From positions 50,324-114,323 of the forward strand of contig DASVCN010000024.1 of assembly GCA_036381595.1 (NCBI GenBank): DNA of 64,000 bases, given 5' to 3'. Both the position numbers and the translations under genes were made by a program. The notes beneath the pieces were generated by a model. It searched no databases and was not told the DNA's origin. It saw only the letters and a program-made list of their open reading frames with translations. Source of the stretch: Trueperaceae bacterium (GTDB lineage Bacteria > Deinococcota > Deinococci > Deinococcales > Trueperaceae). Shown in pieces: positions 30,245 to 38,567 of this stretch. Numbering within the stretch: position 1 is the stretch's first letter; each line of letters begins with the position of its first letter.

Positions 30245-30816
30245 CCTACTATCTGCTGCGGATCCTGTTCCTCACCCTGCTTCTCGCCGCACCGGCAGCC
30301 CTGGCCCAGATCGAGGGCTACTACCCTTCCACGCCGGGAACCAGCTGGACCTACTCGAGCGGCGAGACCCAGACGCTCTCCGGACCGCGTGAGTTCGAAG
30401 GCGTTCAGGTCACGGTTCTGACACACTACTTCGATGGCCTCCCCGTCTCGGAGGACTACCTGGTGTTCGGCGCCGACGGGGTGGTGAGCCTCGGCACCGC
30501 CAGCGGTGGCGACATCGTCTCCTACATCCCGCCGCTCCAGGTCTACGGTCCCGCGCCGCTCGAGGTGGGTGACCGTTGGCAGAGTACAACCCGCGTCTCG
30601 GGTTTCGAGATCCAGCTGTCCGCCGAGGTCCTGGGCCTGAGCGGCGTGAGCACGCCGGCTGGACGCTACAACGCGCTGCAGATCCGGCAGGTCACCACCA
30701 CCAGCTCAGGTGCGAGCACCCAGCTCGATCTCTACTTCGTGCCGAGCGTGGGGGTAGTGCGCTTCGTGACGAACGACGGGACCGCCATCGATCTGATCGA
30801 CACGGCAACGCCTTAG
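30241..30816 (+). CDS. hypothetical exported protein
   Basis: Signal peptide MTYYLLRILFLTLLLAAPAALAQ. ATGA overlap with the proC stop. No motif recognised. Confidence 0.6.
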   Translation: MTYYLLRILFLTLLLAAPAALAQIEGYYPSTPGTSWTYSSGETQTLSGPREFEGVQVTVLTHYFDGLPVSEDYLVFGADGVVSLGTASGGDIVSYIPPLQVYGPAPLEVGDRWQSTTRVSGFEIQLSAEVLGLSGVSTPAGRYNALQIRQVTTTSSGASTQLDLYFVPSVGVVRFVTNDGTAIDLIDTATP

Positions 30817-30838
30817 CTGCGGCGGTGGCCGGGAGGGC

Positions 30839-31057
30839 CTAGAGGATCCCGCCCCCCAGCATGAGGCGGATGATCGCCAGCACCAGGACGACGATGTTGA
30901 TGTTGCGGCCGCTGTTCTCCTTGGCGAGGAGGCCGAACACCAGGCCCACGACCGCTAGGGGGATGACACCCCAGTTGAGCCAGCCCAGGAGCGGGATGAA
31001 GCCAACCAGGGCGCCGAGCAGCGCGAGGATGCCGATGACGATCGAGATGAGGTTCAC
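30839..31057 (-). CDS. small integral membrane protein (72 aa, 2-3 TM)
   Basis: MNLISIVIGILALLGALVGFIPLLGWLNWGVIPLAVVGLVFGLL... The GTG start overlaps the tgt stop (GTGA). Confidence 0.6.
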   Translation of the reverse strand: MNLISIVIGILALLGALVGFIPLLGWLNWGVIPLAVVGLVFGLLAKENSGRNINIVVLVLAIIRLMLGGGIL

Positions 31058-32358
31058 GTATCCTCCCTTTCAGGAGCCAGGCGCTGAGCCAGCCACTGTG
31101 CCTTGAGCTCCGCGAAGCGTCCCTCTTCGAGACTACGACGTATCTCCTCGAAGAGTCTGGACATGAAGCGCAGGTTGTGGATGGTGGCCAGCTGGGGTCC
31201 CAGCGACTCACCAGCCTTGAACAGGTGACGCAGGTAGGCCCGGGAGAAGTTCGTGCAGGCCAGGCAGTCGCATCCCTCTTCGATGGGCCGCAGGTCGTTG
31301 GCGAAGCGGGCGTTGCGCAGGTTGAGGCGGAAGTTGGGAACGGGACGTCCCTCGTCGGAGCGCACGAGCAGGCCCGCATTGCGGGCGTTGCGGGTGGGGC
31401 TCACGCAATCGAAGGTGTCGCAGCCCCGCTCGACCGCCTCGAATACCGCCGGTACGTCACCGATGCCCAGCAGGTGCCGGGGACGCCCGGGCGGCAGGTA
31501 GGGAACGGTCCACTCGATCACCGAGTACATCTCCTGGTGGGTCTTCCCCAGGTTGCCGCCGATGGCGTAGCCGTCGAACCCGTGTTCGCCGATGAACCGG
31601 GCGCTACGCTCGCGGAGGTCGCGGAACGCTCCGCCCTGGACTATCCCGAAGAGCGCCTGGCTGTAATCGTGCACCTGCGGCCCCTCCTGGAACTCATGCA
31701 GGCTGCGCACGGCCCAGCGGTGGGTGCGCTCCATGCTCTCCTCGGTGTAGGTACGGTCGTGCAGGGGGCTGGTGCACTCGTCGAAGGCGAGGATCATGTC
31801 GGCACCGAGGGCACGCTGGATGCGGATCGAGATCTCGGGGGTGAGCAGTTGAGGGCTTCCGTCTATATGGCTGCGGAAGCGCACGCCCTCCTCGGTCACC
31901 TTCACCAGGGACTCGGAAGGGCCGCCGCGGCGACCCTCGGCGCGTTCAGGCTCCTCGCCAGGGAAGATGTTCGCTACCTTGCCCACGCCATGCTCGATGC
32001 CGGCGCCCAGCGAGAACACCTGGAAGCCGCCCGAGTCCGTCATGACCGGCCGCTTCCACCCCATGAAACGGTGGAGGCCGCCATGTTCCCGGACGATCTC
32101 CTCGCCGGGACGAAGGTAGAGGTGATAGGTGTTGCCGAAGAGAAGTTGAGTTCCGGTCTGCGCCACCGCCTGCGGCGTGAGCCCCTTGACCGTGGCTTGG
32201 GTGCCGACCGCTACGAAGGCGGGCGTCTCGACGGTGCCGTGCGGGGTGTGGAGCCGCCCGCGCCTGGCCGCGCCCACCGTCTCGAGCAGTTCGAGGCCGA
32301 AGGTGGCCTGGCGGGGACCCGTCTCCTCCTTGCCCTTCTCGCGCGAGGTCACCGGCAT
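31054..32358 (-). CDS. tgt: queuine tRNA-ribosyltransferase
   Basis: TPAFVAVGTQATVKG, MTDSGGFQV and zinc site CDCLACTNFSRAYLRHL. Start trimmed to ATG 32358 (MPVTSREKG). Confidence 0.92.
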   Translation of the reverse strand: MPVTSREKGKEETGPRQATFGLELLETVGAARRGRLHTPHGTVETPAFVAVGTQATVKGLTPQAVAQTGTQLLFGNTYHLYLRPGEEIVREHGGLHRFMGWKRPVMTDSGGFQVFSLGAGIEHGVGKVANIFPGEEPERAEGRRGGPSESLVKVTEEGVRFRSHIDGSPQLLTPEISIRIQRALGADMILAFDECTSPLHDRTYTEESMERTHRWAVRSLHEFQEGPQVHDYSQALFGIVQGGAFRDLRERSARFIGEHGFDGYAIGGNLGKTHQEMYSVIEWTVPYLPPGRPRHLLGIGDVPAVFEAVERGCDTFDCVSPTRNARNAGLLVRSDEGRPVPNFRLNLRNARFANDLRPIEEGCDCLACTNFSRAYLRHLFKAGESLGPQLATIHNLRFMSRLFEEIRRSLEEGRFAELKAQWLAQRLAPEREDT

Positions 32359-32517
32359 TCCGGCGATTATACCGACGGCAACGTCTCGTCCCGGTACCGC
32401 CACGACCGGAGGAACCCGGTGCGAACGTTCATCTGCACCTAATGAAGGTAGGCAGTTGTTGCGCATTCACCGGCCGTTAATGGCCCTGATGCTAAGATTC
32501 TTCCGCTGGGAGGTTGC

Positions 32518-33132
32518 ATGGCGTTCCACATCAGCGGCAAGCTCTGCGTCTTGGGCGTGGTTCTGGCCGCTCTCATCACTGCCTTCAGCGTGCCAACCCC
32601 CGAAGGCATTCCGTTGCAGGTGACTCCACAGGTGACCCTGCTGGAGACGCCCAGAGAGCTCGTAGGCAAAGTCTCACCGGTCCCCCTGGGGCCGGTGGCC
32701 AACCCGCGCTTCGTCCTGCGGGCGACGGCTTACAACTCGCTCGCGAATCAGACGGACAGCACACCCCATATCACCGCCACCGGCGCACAGACCCGCTTCG
32801 GGATCGTGGCCGTGAGCCGGGACGTGCTGGCCGAAGACATCCCCTACGGCTCGCTGATCCGCATCCGCGACCTGGGCAACTACTACACGGGACGAGGCGC
32901 CGGCAGATACCAGAACCTGCTCGACGAACAGGGTCTCTTCATCGTCGAAGACACCATGCACCCGCGCAAGCGGGACCAGGTCGACGTCTGGTTCCCCGCC
33001 TACAGGGCGGCCAAGGACTGGGGCGTCAGACGGGTCGAGGTGGAGGTTATCCGGTACGGGCGTCACGGCCCGGTCCTCACGAGCAGTTGGAGCGACTTCG
33101 AGGCTACCCCTCGCCTGCTGGCCTCGCGCTGA
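32518..33132 (+). CDS. 3D-domain (MltA/RlpA-like DPBB) cell-wall-binding protein
   Basis: Signal/anchor helix, ATAYNSLANQTDSTPHITATG..., VAVSRDVL, YGSLIRI, DTMHPR. GGAGG lies upstream. Confidence 0.75.
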   Translation: MAFHISGKLCVLGVVLAALITAFSVPTPEGIPLQVTPQVTLLETPRELVGKVSPVPLGPVANPRFVLRATAYNSLANQTDSTPHITATGAQTRFGIVAVSRDVLAEDIPYGSLIRIRDLGNYYTGRGAGRYQNLLDEQGLFIVEDTMHPRKRDQVDVWFPAYRAAKDWGVRRVEVEVIRYGRHGPVLTSSWSDFEATPRLLASR

Positions 33133-33151
33133 GCGAACCGACGGGCTGCGG

Positions 33152-33157
33152 TAGAGT
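33152..33157 (+). promoter_or_regulatory. -10 box TAGAGT, 5 nt before GTG 33163 (leaderless geometry)
   Basis: cggTAGAGTtctgcGTG. Confidence 0.45.
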
Positions 33158-33162
33158 TCTGC

Positions 33163-34344
33163 GTGCGCCGTTTCGTCCTCTTCCTGGCGCTGCGTCACGT
33201 GCGCCGGCGCCCGCTACAGAGCGGGCTCACCGTCGCCGGGGTGGCCGTCGGTGTGATGGTGCTGATCACCGCACTGTCGCTCACCAACGGTTTCATAGAC
33301 GAGCTCATCCGCTCCACTCTGCAAGCGACGCCGCACGTCACCCTGCAGAGCTACGACGGCAGCCCCTTACCCCAAGACCCTTCCGAACTCGCCGCTATCG
33401 CCGGGCACCCCCAGGTAGAAGCCGTTGCGCCCTATCTGGCCGGCCAGGCGCTCATCGCCAGGCGCGCGAACACGAGGCTCGGCATCAGCGGCAGGCACGG
33501 CTACACGCAACTGTTGGGTATCGACGTGGAGCGCGAACGGGAGGTGCTCGACCTGGAAGCGCTGGCTCAGGCGGCACCGGCGATAGAGGCGGGCGAGGGG
33601 ATCGTGCTCGGAGCGTCGCTGGCGGTGCGCCAGTTGGGCGTCTATCCTGGCGACGAGGTATTCGTTCGCGACATCAGCGGCGAGAGCGCCAGCTTCGAGG
33701 TGGCCGAGACCTTCAGGGTCGGCAACGAACTCATCGACAGCGTCGTATCGTTCCTGTCGCTGACCGCGCTCCAGGAGTTCCTGGACGCCGATGAGCAGAT
33801 AAGCGGCTACCATGTGCGGCTCCACGATCCGGAGCGGGCGGGCGTCATCGGTGCCGAGCTCGGCCGCGAGTTCGGGCTCCTGGCCATCTCCTGGGAGCGG
33901 CTGTTCCAGACGCTCCTCGAACAGTTGCGGCTGCAGAAGGCGATAATCAGCGTGGTCGTGTTCCTCATCGTCCTGGTAGCGGCCATGGGGATCGCCAACA
34001 TCCTCATCCTCACCGTGGCCGAGAAGACCGAGGAGATCGCCATCCTCCGCGCCCTCGGAGCCTCGGAGAAGCAGGTGCTCTCGGTATTCACTGTGGAGGG
34101 CCTCATGCTCGGGGGTACGGGCACACTGCTGGGCGCGCTGCTGGGTCTCGGCGTGAGCCTCTACTTCCGCTACCAGCCCTACCCGCTTCCCGGTGACCTC
34201 TACTTCATAACTCGCCTGCCCGTCGAACTTCGGGCGTTCGACGTCGCCTGGGTGTGCGGGCTGTCGCTGCTCACCTCGGTGGTTGCCGCGCTGCTGCCTG
34301 CCAGGCGAGCGGCGAACCTGCGGCCCACGAACATCCTGCGATGA
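33163..34344 (+). CDS. ABC transporter permease, FtsX-like fold (LolC/LolE family)
   Basis: LALRHVRRRPLQS N-terminus, a periplasmic MacB-like insert, and a C-terminal 3-TM FtsX domain with the AILRALGAS motif. No adjacent ATPase. Confidence 0.8.
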   Translation: MRRFVLFLALRHVRRRPLQSGLTVAGVAVGVMVLITALSLTNGFIDELIRSTLQATPHVTLQSYDGSPLPQDPSELAAIAGHPQVEAVAPYLAGQALIARRANTRLGISGRHGYTQLLGIDVEREREVLDLEALAQAAPAIEAGEGIVLGASLAVRQLGVYPGDEVFVRDISGESASFEVAETFRVGNELIDSVVSFLSLTALQEFLDADEQISGYHVRLHDPERAGVIGAELGREFGLLAISWERLFQTLLEQLRLQKAIISVVVFLIVLVAAMGIANILILTVAEKTEEIAILRALGASEKQVLSVFTVEGLMLGGTGTLLGALLGLGVSLYFRYQPYPLPGDLYFITRLPVELRAFDVAWVCGLSLLTSVVAALLPARRAANLRPTNILR

Positions 34345-34964
34345 GTCGCGTGCGGTCCGTGCGGAGCGGCGCCGAGAGCCGGCCGTTGCCGCCCGAGAAG
34401 GCGTGGAACTACGCCCTCACGCTCCTCACTCGTCGCGCCCATACGGAAGCCGAGCTGACCGAGAAACTGACCCGCAGGAGGGCGTCGCCTGAGGTGGTGG
34501 CGGAGGTCCTCGGCAGGTTGCGACGTTACCGGCTGGTCGACGACGAGGCGTTCGCCGAGGCGTTCGTGCGTACGCACGCGCAGCGCAAGGGAACGCTGGC
34601 GCTGCGCCGCGAACTGCTCCGCAAGGGCGTACCCGAGGAGGTTGCCGAAGAGTCGCTCGTCGAGCTCGACGACGCTGCCCAGAGCGCGACGGCGGCGAAG
34701 CTGCTCGAGCGGAACGCCTGGCGTTTCCGGGGATCGGATCCGCGTCGCAACCGCGCGCGCGCCTTCGCCTTCCTCGCCCGCCGAGGCTTCCCGTCCACGG
34801 TCGTGATGGAGGCGCTCGAGGGGTGCGAGTGGCTGACCTCAGGAGGCGACGACGATGCAGAAGGCGATGATGGAGGCGACGATGACGCAGGCGGCGACGA
34901 TCGAGGCGACGACGATTCAAGCGACGACGATGCAGAAGGCGACGATGACGCAGGCGGCGGCTAA
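34341..34964 (+). CDS. recX: recombination regulator RecX with aspartate-rich repetitive C-terminal tail
   Basis: AWNYALTLLTRRAHTEAELTEKL, YRLVDDEAFAEAFV and AFAFLARRGF three-repeat architecture. ATGA overlap with the upstream permease. 40 aa D/G tail. Confidence 0.8.
   Translation: MSRVRSVRSGAESRPLPPEKAWNYALTLLTRRAHTEAELTEKLTRRRASPEVVAEVLGRLRRYRLVDDEAFAEAFVRTHAQRKGTLALRRELLRKGVPEEVAEESLVELDDAAQSATAAKLLERNAWRFRGSDPRRNRARAFAFLARRGFPSTVVMEALEGCEWLTSGGDDDAEGDDGGDDDAGGDDRGDDDSSDDDAEGDDDAGGG
34838..34961 (+). repeat. coding tandem repeats (GGCGACGA[CT]GA-type) giving the D/G-rich RecX tail
   Basis: GGDDDAEGDDGGDDDAGGDDRGDDDSSDDDAEGDDDAGGG. The nucleotide unit ggcgacgacgat recurs about 7 times, and gcgacgacgatgcagaaggcga occurs twice. 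Confidence 0.8.
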
Positions 34965-35014
34965 GCGCTAGCTTGACCGGCCAGGAGCCGCAGCGGTAAA
35001 TTGGTCATTCGCGT

Positions 35015-35091
<77 letters not shown>

Positions 35092-35096
35092 GATCG

Positions 35097-35119
35097 AAGG
35101 CCCCTGAGTCAGGGGCCTT
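35097..35119 (+). terminator. hairpin after tRNA-Pro
   Basis: AAGGCCCC-TGAGTCA-GGGGCCTT followed by CTTCCTT. Confidence 0.6.
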
Positions 35120-35210
35120 CTTCCTTGAGACGAGAGCCGCGTTCCCGCGCCACCCGTGGGGATATATACTGGCGCCGCCGGCGGGAGGTGACATACCGCC
35201 TCTGCACGAC

Positions 35211-36128
35211 ATGGAGGCCTATGTGACCGCACTCCGCACCCCGTCAGCTGGCATCGTCTTCTTCGCCCTCATCGCGTTGCTGACCCAGGCCGGCTGCTCT
35301 CTGCTCCTCTACCTCTCCTCCTTCGGCCAGGACCCGTTCACTCGGCTACCGCTGCCCGTGATCGTGATGTTCGGTGCGCTCGCGGCGGCGCCTCTGCACT
35401 CGTTGGCGAGGCGCTTGCCGCCGCCGGACCTGCTCACGGCTCTGGCGTTGGCGCTGACCCTGAACGCCGCCTTGCTCCTACTACCCGTCCTGCCGGGAGA
35501 GACCCGCTACCTGGCCGCGCCGGCCACCGCCCTGCTGTTGGGCCTCCTGTTCCGGAACCTGCCTCGGCACGCGGGAGCGATGCTGGCCGCCATGAGCGTC
35601 TACGTGGTCGCGACGGTGCTCGCCAACTACACCTTCGACTCGTTCCTGCCTATCGGCGGATTCTTCCTGATCAACGTAGGGACTCTCTTCTTCGGAGTGA
35701 CCTTCACTCAGCGTGACCGGGTCCACCGCTTCGGGCGCCGCTGGGTCTACCTGATGATACTGATGGCCGCGGTCGCCAACGTCCTCATGTCGCTCCACCT
35801 CGGTACTCCCATGAGGTACGTCGTCGTAGGGTTCCTCGCGATTCTCCTCTCGGAGTCGGCTGACACGGAGATCTACGCCCGACTGCTCGACCGCCCCTGG
35901 TTCACCCGCGTTGCCTCCTCCAACGCCGTGAGCGCACCGCTGGACACGACCATCTTCACGGTCCTCGCGTTCGCCGGCGCGGAGTTCGCCACCATCGGCT
36001 GGATGCTCAGGGTTATCGTCACCGACGTGCTGGTGAAGTACGGCAGCGGGCTCCTGGCGGCGCTCCAGCTGGACGCCTGGGCCCCTGCTCTCGTCAAGCC
36101 CGAACTGCCGCCACGTACCCGGACGTAG
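35211..36128 (+). CDS. VUT/YhhQ-family membrane protein (putative queuosine-precursor transporter) with extra N-terminal TM segments
   Basis: [42 protein letters not shown]. The likely start is in-frame GTG 35223, 5 nt after GGAGG. Confidence 0.6.
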   Translation: MEAYVTALRTPSAGIVFFALIALLTQAGCSLLLYLSSFGQDPFTRLPLPVIVMFGALAAAPLHSLARRLPPPDLLTALALALTLNAALLLLPVLPGETRYLAAPATALLLGLLFRNLPRHAGAMLAAMSVYVVATVLANYTFDSFLPIGGFFLINVGTLFFGVTFTQRDRVHRFGRRWVYLMILMAAVANVLMSLHLGTPMRYVVVGFLAILLSESADTEIYARLLDRPWFTRVASSNAVSAPLDTTIFTVLAFAGAEFATIGWMLRVIVTDVLVKYGSGLLAALQLDAWAPALVKPELPPRTRT

Positions 36129-36141
36129 TAGGGTTCGAACC

Positions 36142-36597
36142 ATGTGGGAGCACCTTTTCCTTACCGGCGAGTTCGTAGGACGTGAGAGGTTACTGTCGGG
36201 CCTGACGCTGGCACAGGTCACGAGCAAACCGGACGGCCTGCCCCACTCGATATACGACGAGTTGTGGCACCTGACCACATGGCAGCGGATAGTCGTGGAG
36301 CGCGACGAGGCCGGCGGCGAGGAGTGGGCTCAGGACGGCCCACTCTTCCCCGAGGAGCCGCCCGCGAGCGAAGCGCAGTGGCACAGTGTGGTGGGTGAGT
36401 TCCTCGAAGGCGCGACTTCGGCACTCGAACTCGCCGGCTCGCCCGAGAGGCTCGCGGTCGAGGTCGAGCCGGGCGTGACGATGGCCCACGCTCTCCACAG
36501 CGTGGCGGTACACAACGCCTACCACTTCGGCAAGATCGTGGCGCTGAGGCAGGCGATAGGGGCGTGGCCGCCGGCCCGACACAGCCGGCCTGACTAA
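36142..36597 (+). CDS. DinB-family (DinB_2-like) four-helix-bundle protein
   Basis: IYDELWHLTTWQ... and HNAYHFGKIVALRQ His-triad-like pattern. Confidence 0.6.
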   Translation: MWEHLFLTGEFVGRERLLSGLTLAQVTSKPDGLPHSIYDELWHLTTWQRIVVERDEAGGEEWAQDGPLFPEEPPASEAQWHSVVGEFLEGATSALELAGSPERLAVEVEPGVTMAHALHSVAVHNAYHFGKIVALRQAIGAWPPARHSRPD

Positions 36598-36683
36598 ACC
36601 GGCGTGACTGGGCTGCCGTGACCCCGCTGGCGGGACTCGACCGGCGTGACACCGCCGGCCTGACTCGAACGGCGTGACTCGGC
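36584..36683. repeat. degenerate about-14-nt periodic repeat cNGGC[GC]TGAC in a convergent intergenic region
   Basis: GGCCTGAC, GGCGTGAC, GCCGTGAC, (GCGGGAC), GGCGTGAC, GGCCTGAC and GGCGTGAC start near 36587, 36601, 36614, 36630, 36643, 36657 and 36671. GCCGGCCTGACT is duplicated 70 nt apart. Confidence 0.6.
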
Positions 36684-38015
36684 CTAGTCTCCGCCTACCG
36701 TCTCGAACAGCCGACCGATGGCCAACAGGAGGCCCTCGTTCGAAGGGGGACCGGAGATCATCAAGCCGACGGGCGACTGGGCCTCCACGGGAACGCTCAG
36801 CGACGCTCCGCCCAGATAATTGAAAATCGTGGTGTTTCGGAGGCAGAGGCGGTTGGCTTCGTAGTAGCTGGCGTCCTCCGCCAGGTCGCTCACTCGCGGC
36901 GGCAGGATCGCTACCGTAGGCGCTACCACGGCGTCGAACTCCTGCATCTGGGCCCAGAATCGTCGCTGCCAGCCGCGCCGGCTTAGCAGGAGCCTGAGGT
37001 AGTCGCTGCTGGGACGCCCTCTGACGGCCAGGATCCGCCGGCTCACCCGGGGGTCCATCAGGTCACCTCGCTCCTCGATCAGCTCCTCATACATGGCGAA
37101 CGCCTCGTGAGAGGCGAGGCTCCCGTAACGGCCGATCGCTTCCTCGATCTCGCCGAGGATGGGCGACTCGAGGCGTACTACCTCATGCCCCAGCCGCTCG
37201 AGGCGCTCGAGTCCTGCTGCGAACCCCGCCTCTACCCGAGGGTCGAGGGAGTCGTGCAGGACGGTCGTGGGCGCAGCGAGGCGCAGTCGCACCGGCGGCT
37301 GCGGCAAAGGCGCCGGCGGGAGCGCGGCCAGCGCCCGGTAGAGCAGCCAGGCGTCGCCGATGTCCCTGGTGATCGGGCCGAGCGTGTCGAGCGTCACCGA
37401 GAGGGGCGTGCAGCCGTCGGTAGGGATGGCCCCCTCGCTGGTCTTGAGTCCGACGAGGCCGTTGAAAGCTGCCGGGATGCGAACCGAACCGCCGGTATCG
37501 GATCCCACAGCGGCGCAGGCGAGACCGTATGCGACCGCGGCCGCTGAACCCGAGGAGGAGCCACCCGGGACCCGCTCCGGATCGAACCGGTTGGCGGGAG
37601 TGCCGTAGTGCGGATTGATGCCTATCCCCGAGAAGGCGAGCTCCGTCATGTTGGTCTTGCCCAGGAACACCGCTCCAGCGGCGTCGAGCCGGGCGAGTGC
37701 GGGGGCGTCCGCGGCAGCCGGTTCACCCAGCGCGAGCGCCGGCGAGCCGGCTACGGTCACCGTCCCTTCCACGTCGATCAGGTCCTTGACGGCGACAGGG
37801 ATGCCTTGCAGCGGGCCGACGTCGACGCCGCTCTCGAACTGCCGTTCGGCACGCTCGGCCTGCGCCAGTGCGCGGTCGCTCAGCAGCTCCCGGTAGATCG
37901 GGCCAGGCGCCGCCTTGTTCAGATAGGCTGCCGTGACGGCGGTCGGGCGGAGCGCGCCCTGCCTGTAGGCCCTCGCCAGTTCGACGGCGCTCAGAGTGGT
38001 GGGATCGGCGGACAT
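36684..38015 (-). CDS. amidase (amidase-signature family, GatA-like)
   Basis: GGSSSGSAAAVA signature and KDLIDVEG. Start set to ATG 38015 (MSADPTT). The track start, TTG 38021, is 2 codons upstream. Confidence 0.85.
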   Translation of the reverse strand: MSADPTTLSAVELARAYRQGALRPTAVTAAYLNKAAPGPIYRELLSDRALAQAERAERQFESGVDVGPLQGIPVAVKDLIDVEGTVTVAGSPALALGEPAAADAPALARLDAAGAVFLGKTNMTELAFSGIGINPHYGTPANRFDPERVPGGSSSGSAAAVAYGLACAAVGSDTGGSVRIPAAFNGLVGLKTSEGAIPTDGCTPLSVTLDTLGPITRDIGDAWLLYRALAALPPAPLPQPPVRLRLAAPTTVLHDSLDPRVEAGFAAGLERLERLGHEVVRLESPILGEIEEAIGRYGSLASHEAFAMYEELIEERGDLMDPRVSRRILAVRGRPSSDYLRLLLSRRGWQRRFWAQMQEFDAVVAPTVAILPPRVSDLAEDASYYEANRLCLRNTTIFNYLGGASLSVPVEAQSPVGLMISGPPSNEGLLLAIGRLFETVGGD

Positions 38016-38020
38016 GGCCA

Positions 38021-38026
38021 AGGATA
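38021..38026 (-). promoter_or_regulatory. -10 box TATCCT, 5 nt before amidase ATG 38015 (leaderless geometry)
   Basis: Minus strand: ggtTATCCTtggccATG. Confidence 0.4.
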
Positions 38027-38062
38027 ACCGCTACGGCCGCGGCGTCGGCTGCGCCTCTGCGG

Positions 38063-38068
38063 TAGAGT
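38063..38068 (+). promoter_or_regulatory. -10 box TAGAGT upstream of ORF 38088 (leadered, SD GGAGGG)
   Basis: cggTAGAGTgagcgtgcaGGAGGGctgaATG. Confidence 0.4.
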
Positions 38069-38087
38069 GAGCGTGCAGGAGGGCTGA

Positions 38088-38366
38088 ATGCAGCGTACCC
38101 GGGCCGAACTCGAAGCGATGAGCCACGACGACCTGGTGAACCGGGTGCTCGAGCTGCAGGACATGCTGCGCGAGGGCCTCGCGGTAAGGGCCTCACTCCA
38201 CGCGGTACTGAACCAGGTTCTCAAGGCGAAGGACGAAGAGGTGACCCGCTTCGCCGAGGTCGACGAGAACTCCCTCTCGGCCGAGGAGGTGGAGTTGAAG
38301 CATGCATGGGAGGCCGCTCGTCACGCCGTCTCGCACCCTCTCGGACTGGCGCGCAAGCTGGAGTAG
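38088..38366 (+). CDS. hypothetical helical protein (92 aa)
   Basis: GGAGGG SD lies 6 nt upstream of the ATG, TAGAGT -10 lies 20 nt upstream, and the codon bias is like neighbouring genes. No recognisable motif. Confidence 0.5.
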   Translation: MQRTRAELEAMSHDDLVNRVLELQDMLREGLAVRASLHAVLNQVLKAKDEEVTRFAEVDENSLSAEEVELKHAWEAARHAVSHPLGLARKLE

Positions 38367-38382
38367 TTGAGGGAAACAGAAG

Positions 38383-38403
38383 AGCCCCGTCGTGGACGGG
38401 GCT
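38383..38403. terminator. bidirectional hairpin between ORF 38088..38366 and tRNA-Asn
   Basis: AGCCCCGTC-GTG-GACGGGGCT. On the minus strand it is followed by CTTCTGTTTCCC. Confidence 0.6.
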
Positions 38404-38406
38404 TCT

Positions 38407-38481
38407 TGGCTCGGCGGGTAGGATTCGAACCTACGACCAATCGGTTAACAGCCGATCGCTCTACCACTGAGCTACCGCCGA
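38407..38481 (-). tRNA. tRNA-Asn (anticodon GTT)
   Basis: Reverse complement folds as acceptor TCGGCGG/CCGCCGA, D arm GCTC..GAGC, anticodon stem ATCGG/CCGAT with loop CTGTTAA, T loop TTCGAAT, CCA encoded. Confidence 0.9.
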
Positions 38482-38567
38482 CCGAGCGCTGCGATCGCCT
38501 GGCGTTCGCGAGCGAAAGGTAGTCTAACAGAGGCCTCCGGCCTTGGCAACACAACGACGACACCCTC

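Noticed and set aside
35120-35222. Possible preQ1 riboswitch upstream of the YhhQ-like transporter.
   Set aside because: YhhQ genes are often preQ1-riboswitch controlled. This leader lacks the short P1 hairpin followed by an A-rich tail and CTA(A)GG-type 3' element. Only a CGCG-TTCC-CGCG mini-hairpin and a TATACT -10 are visible.
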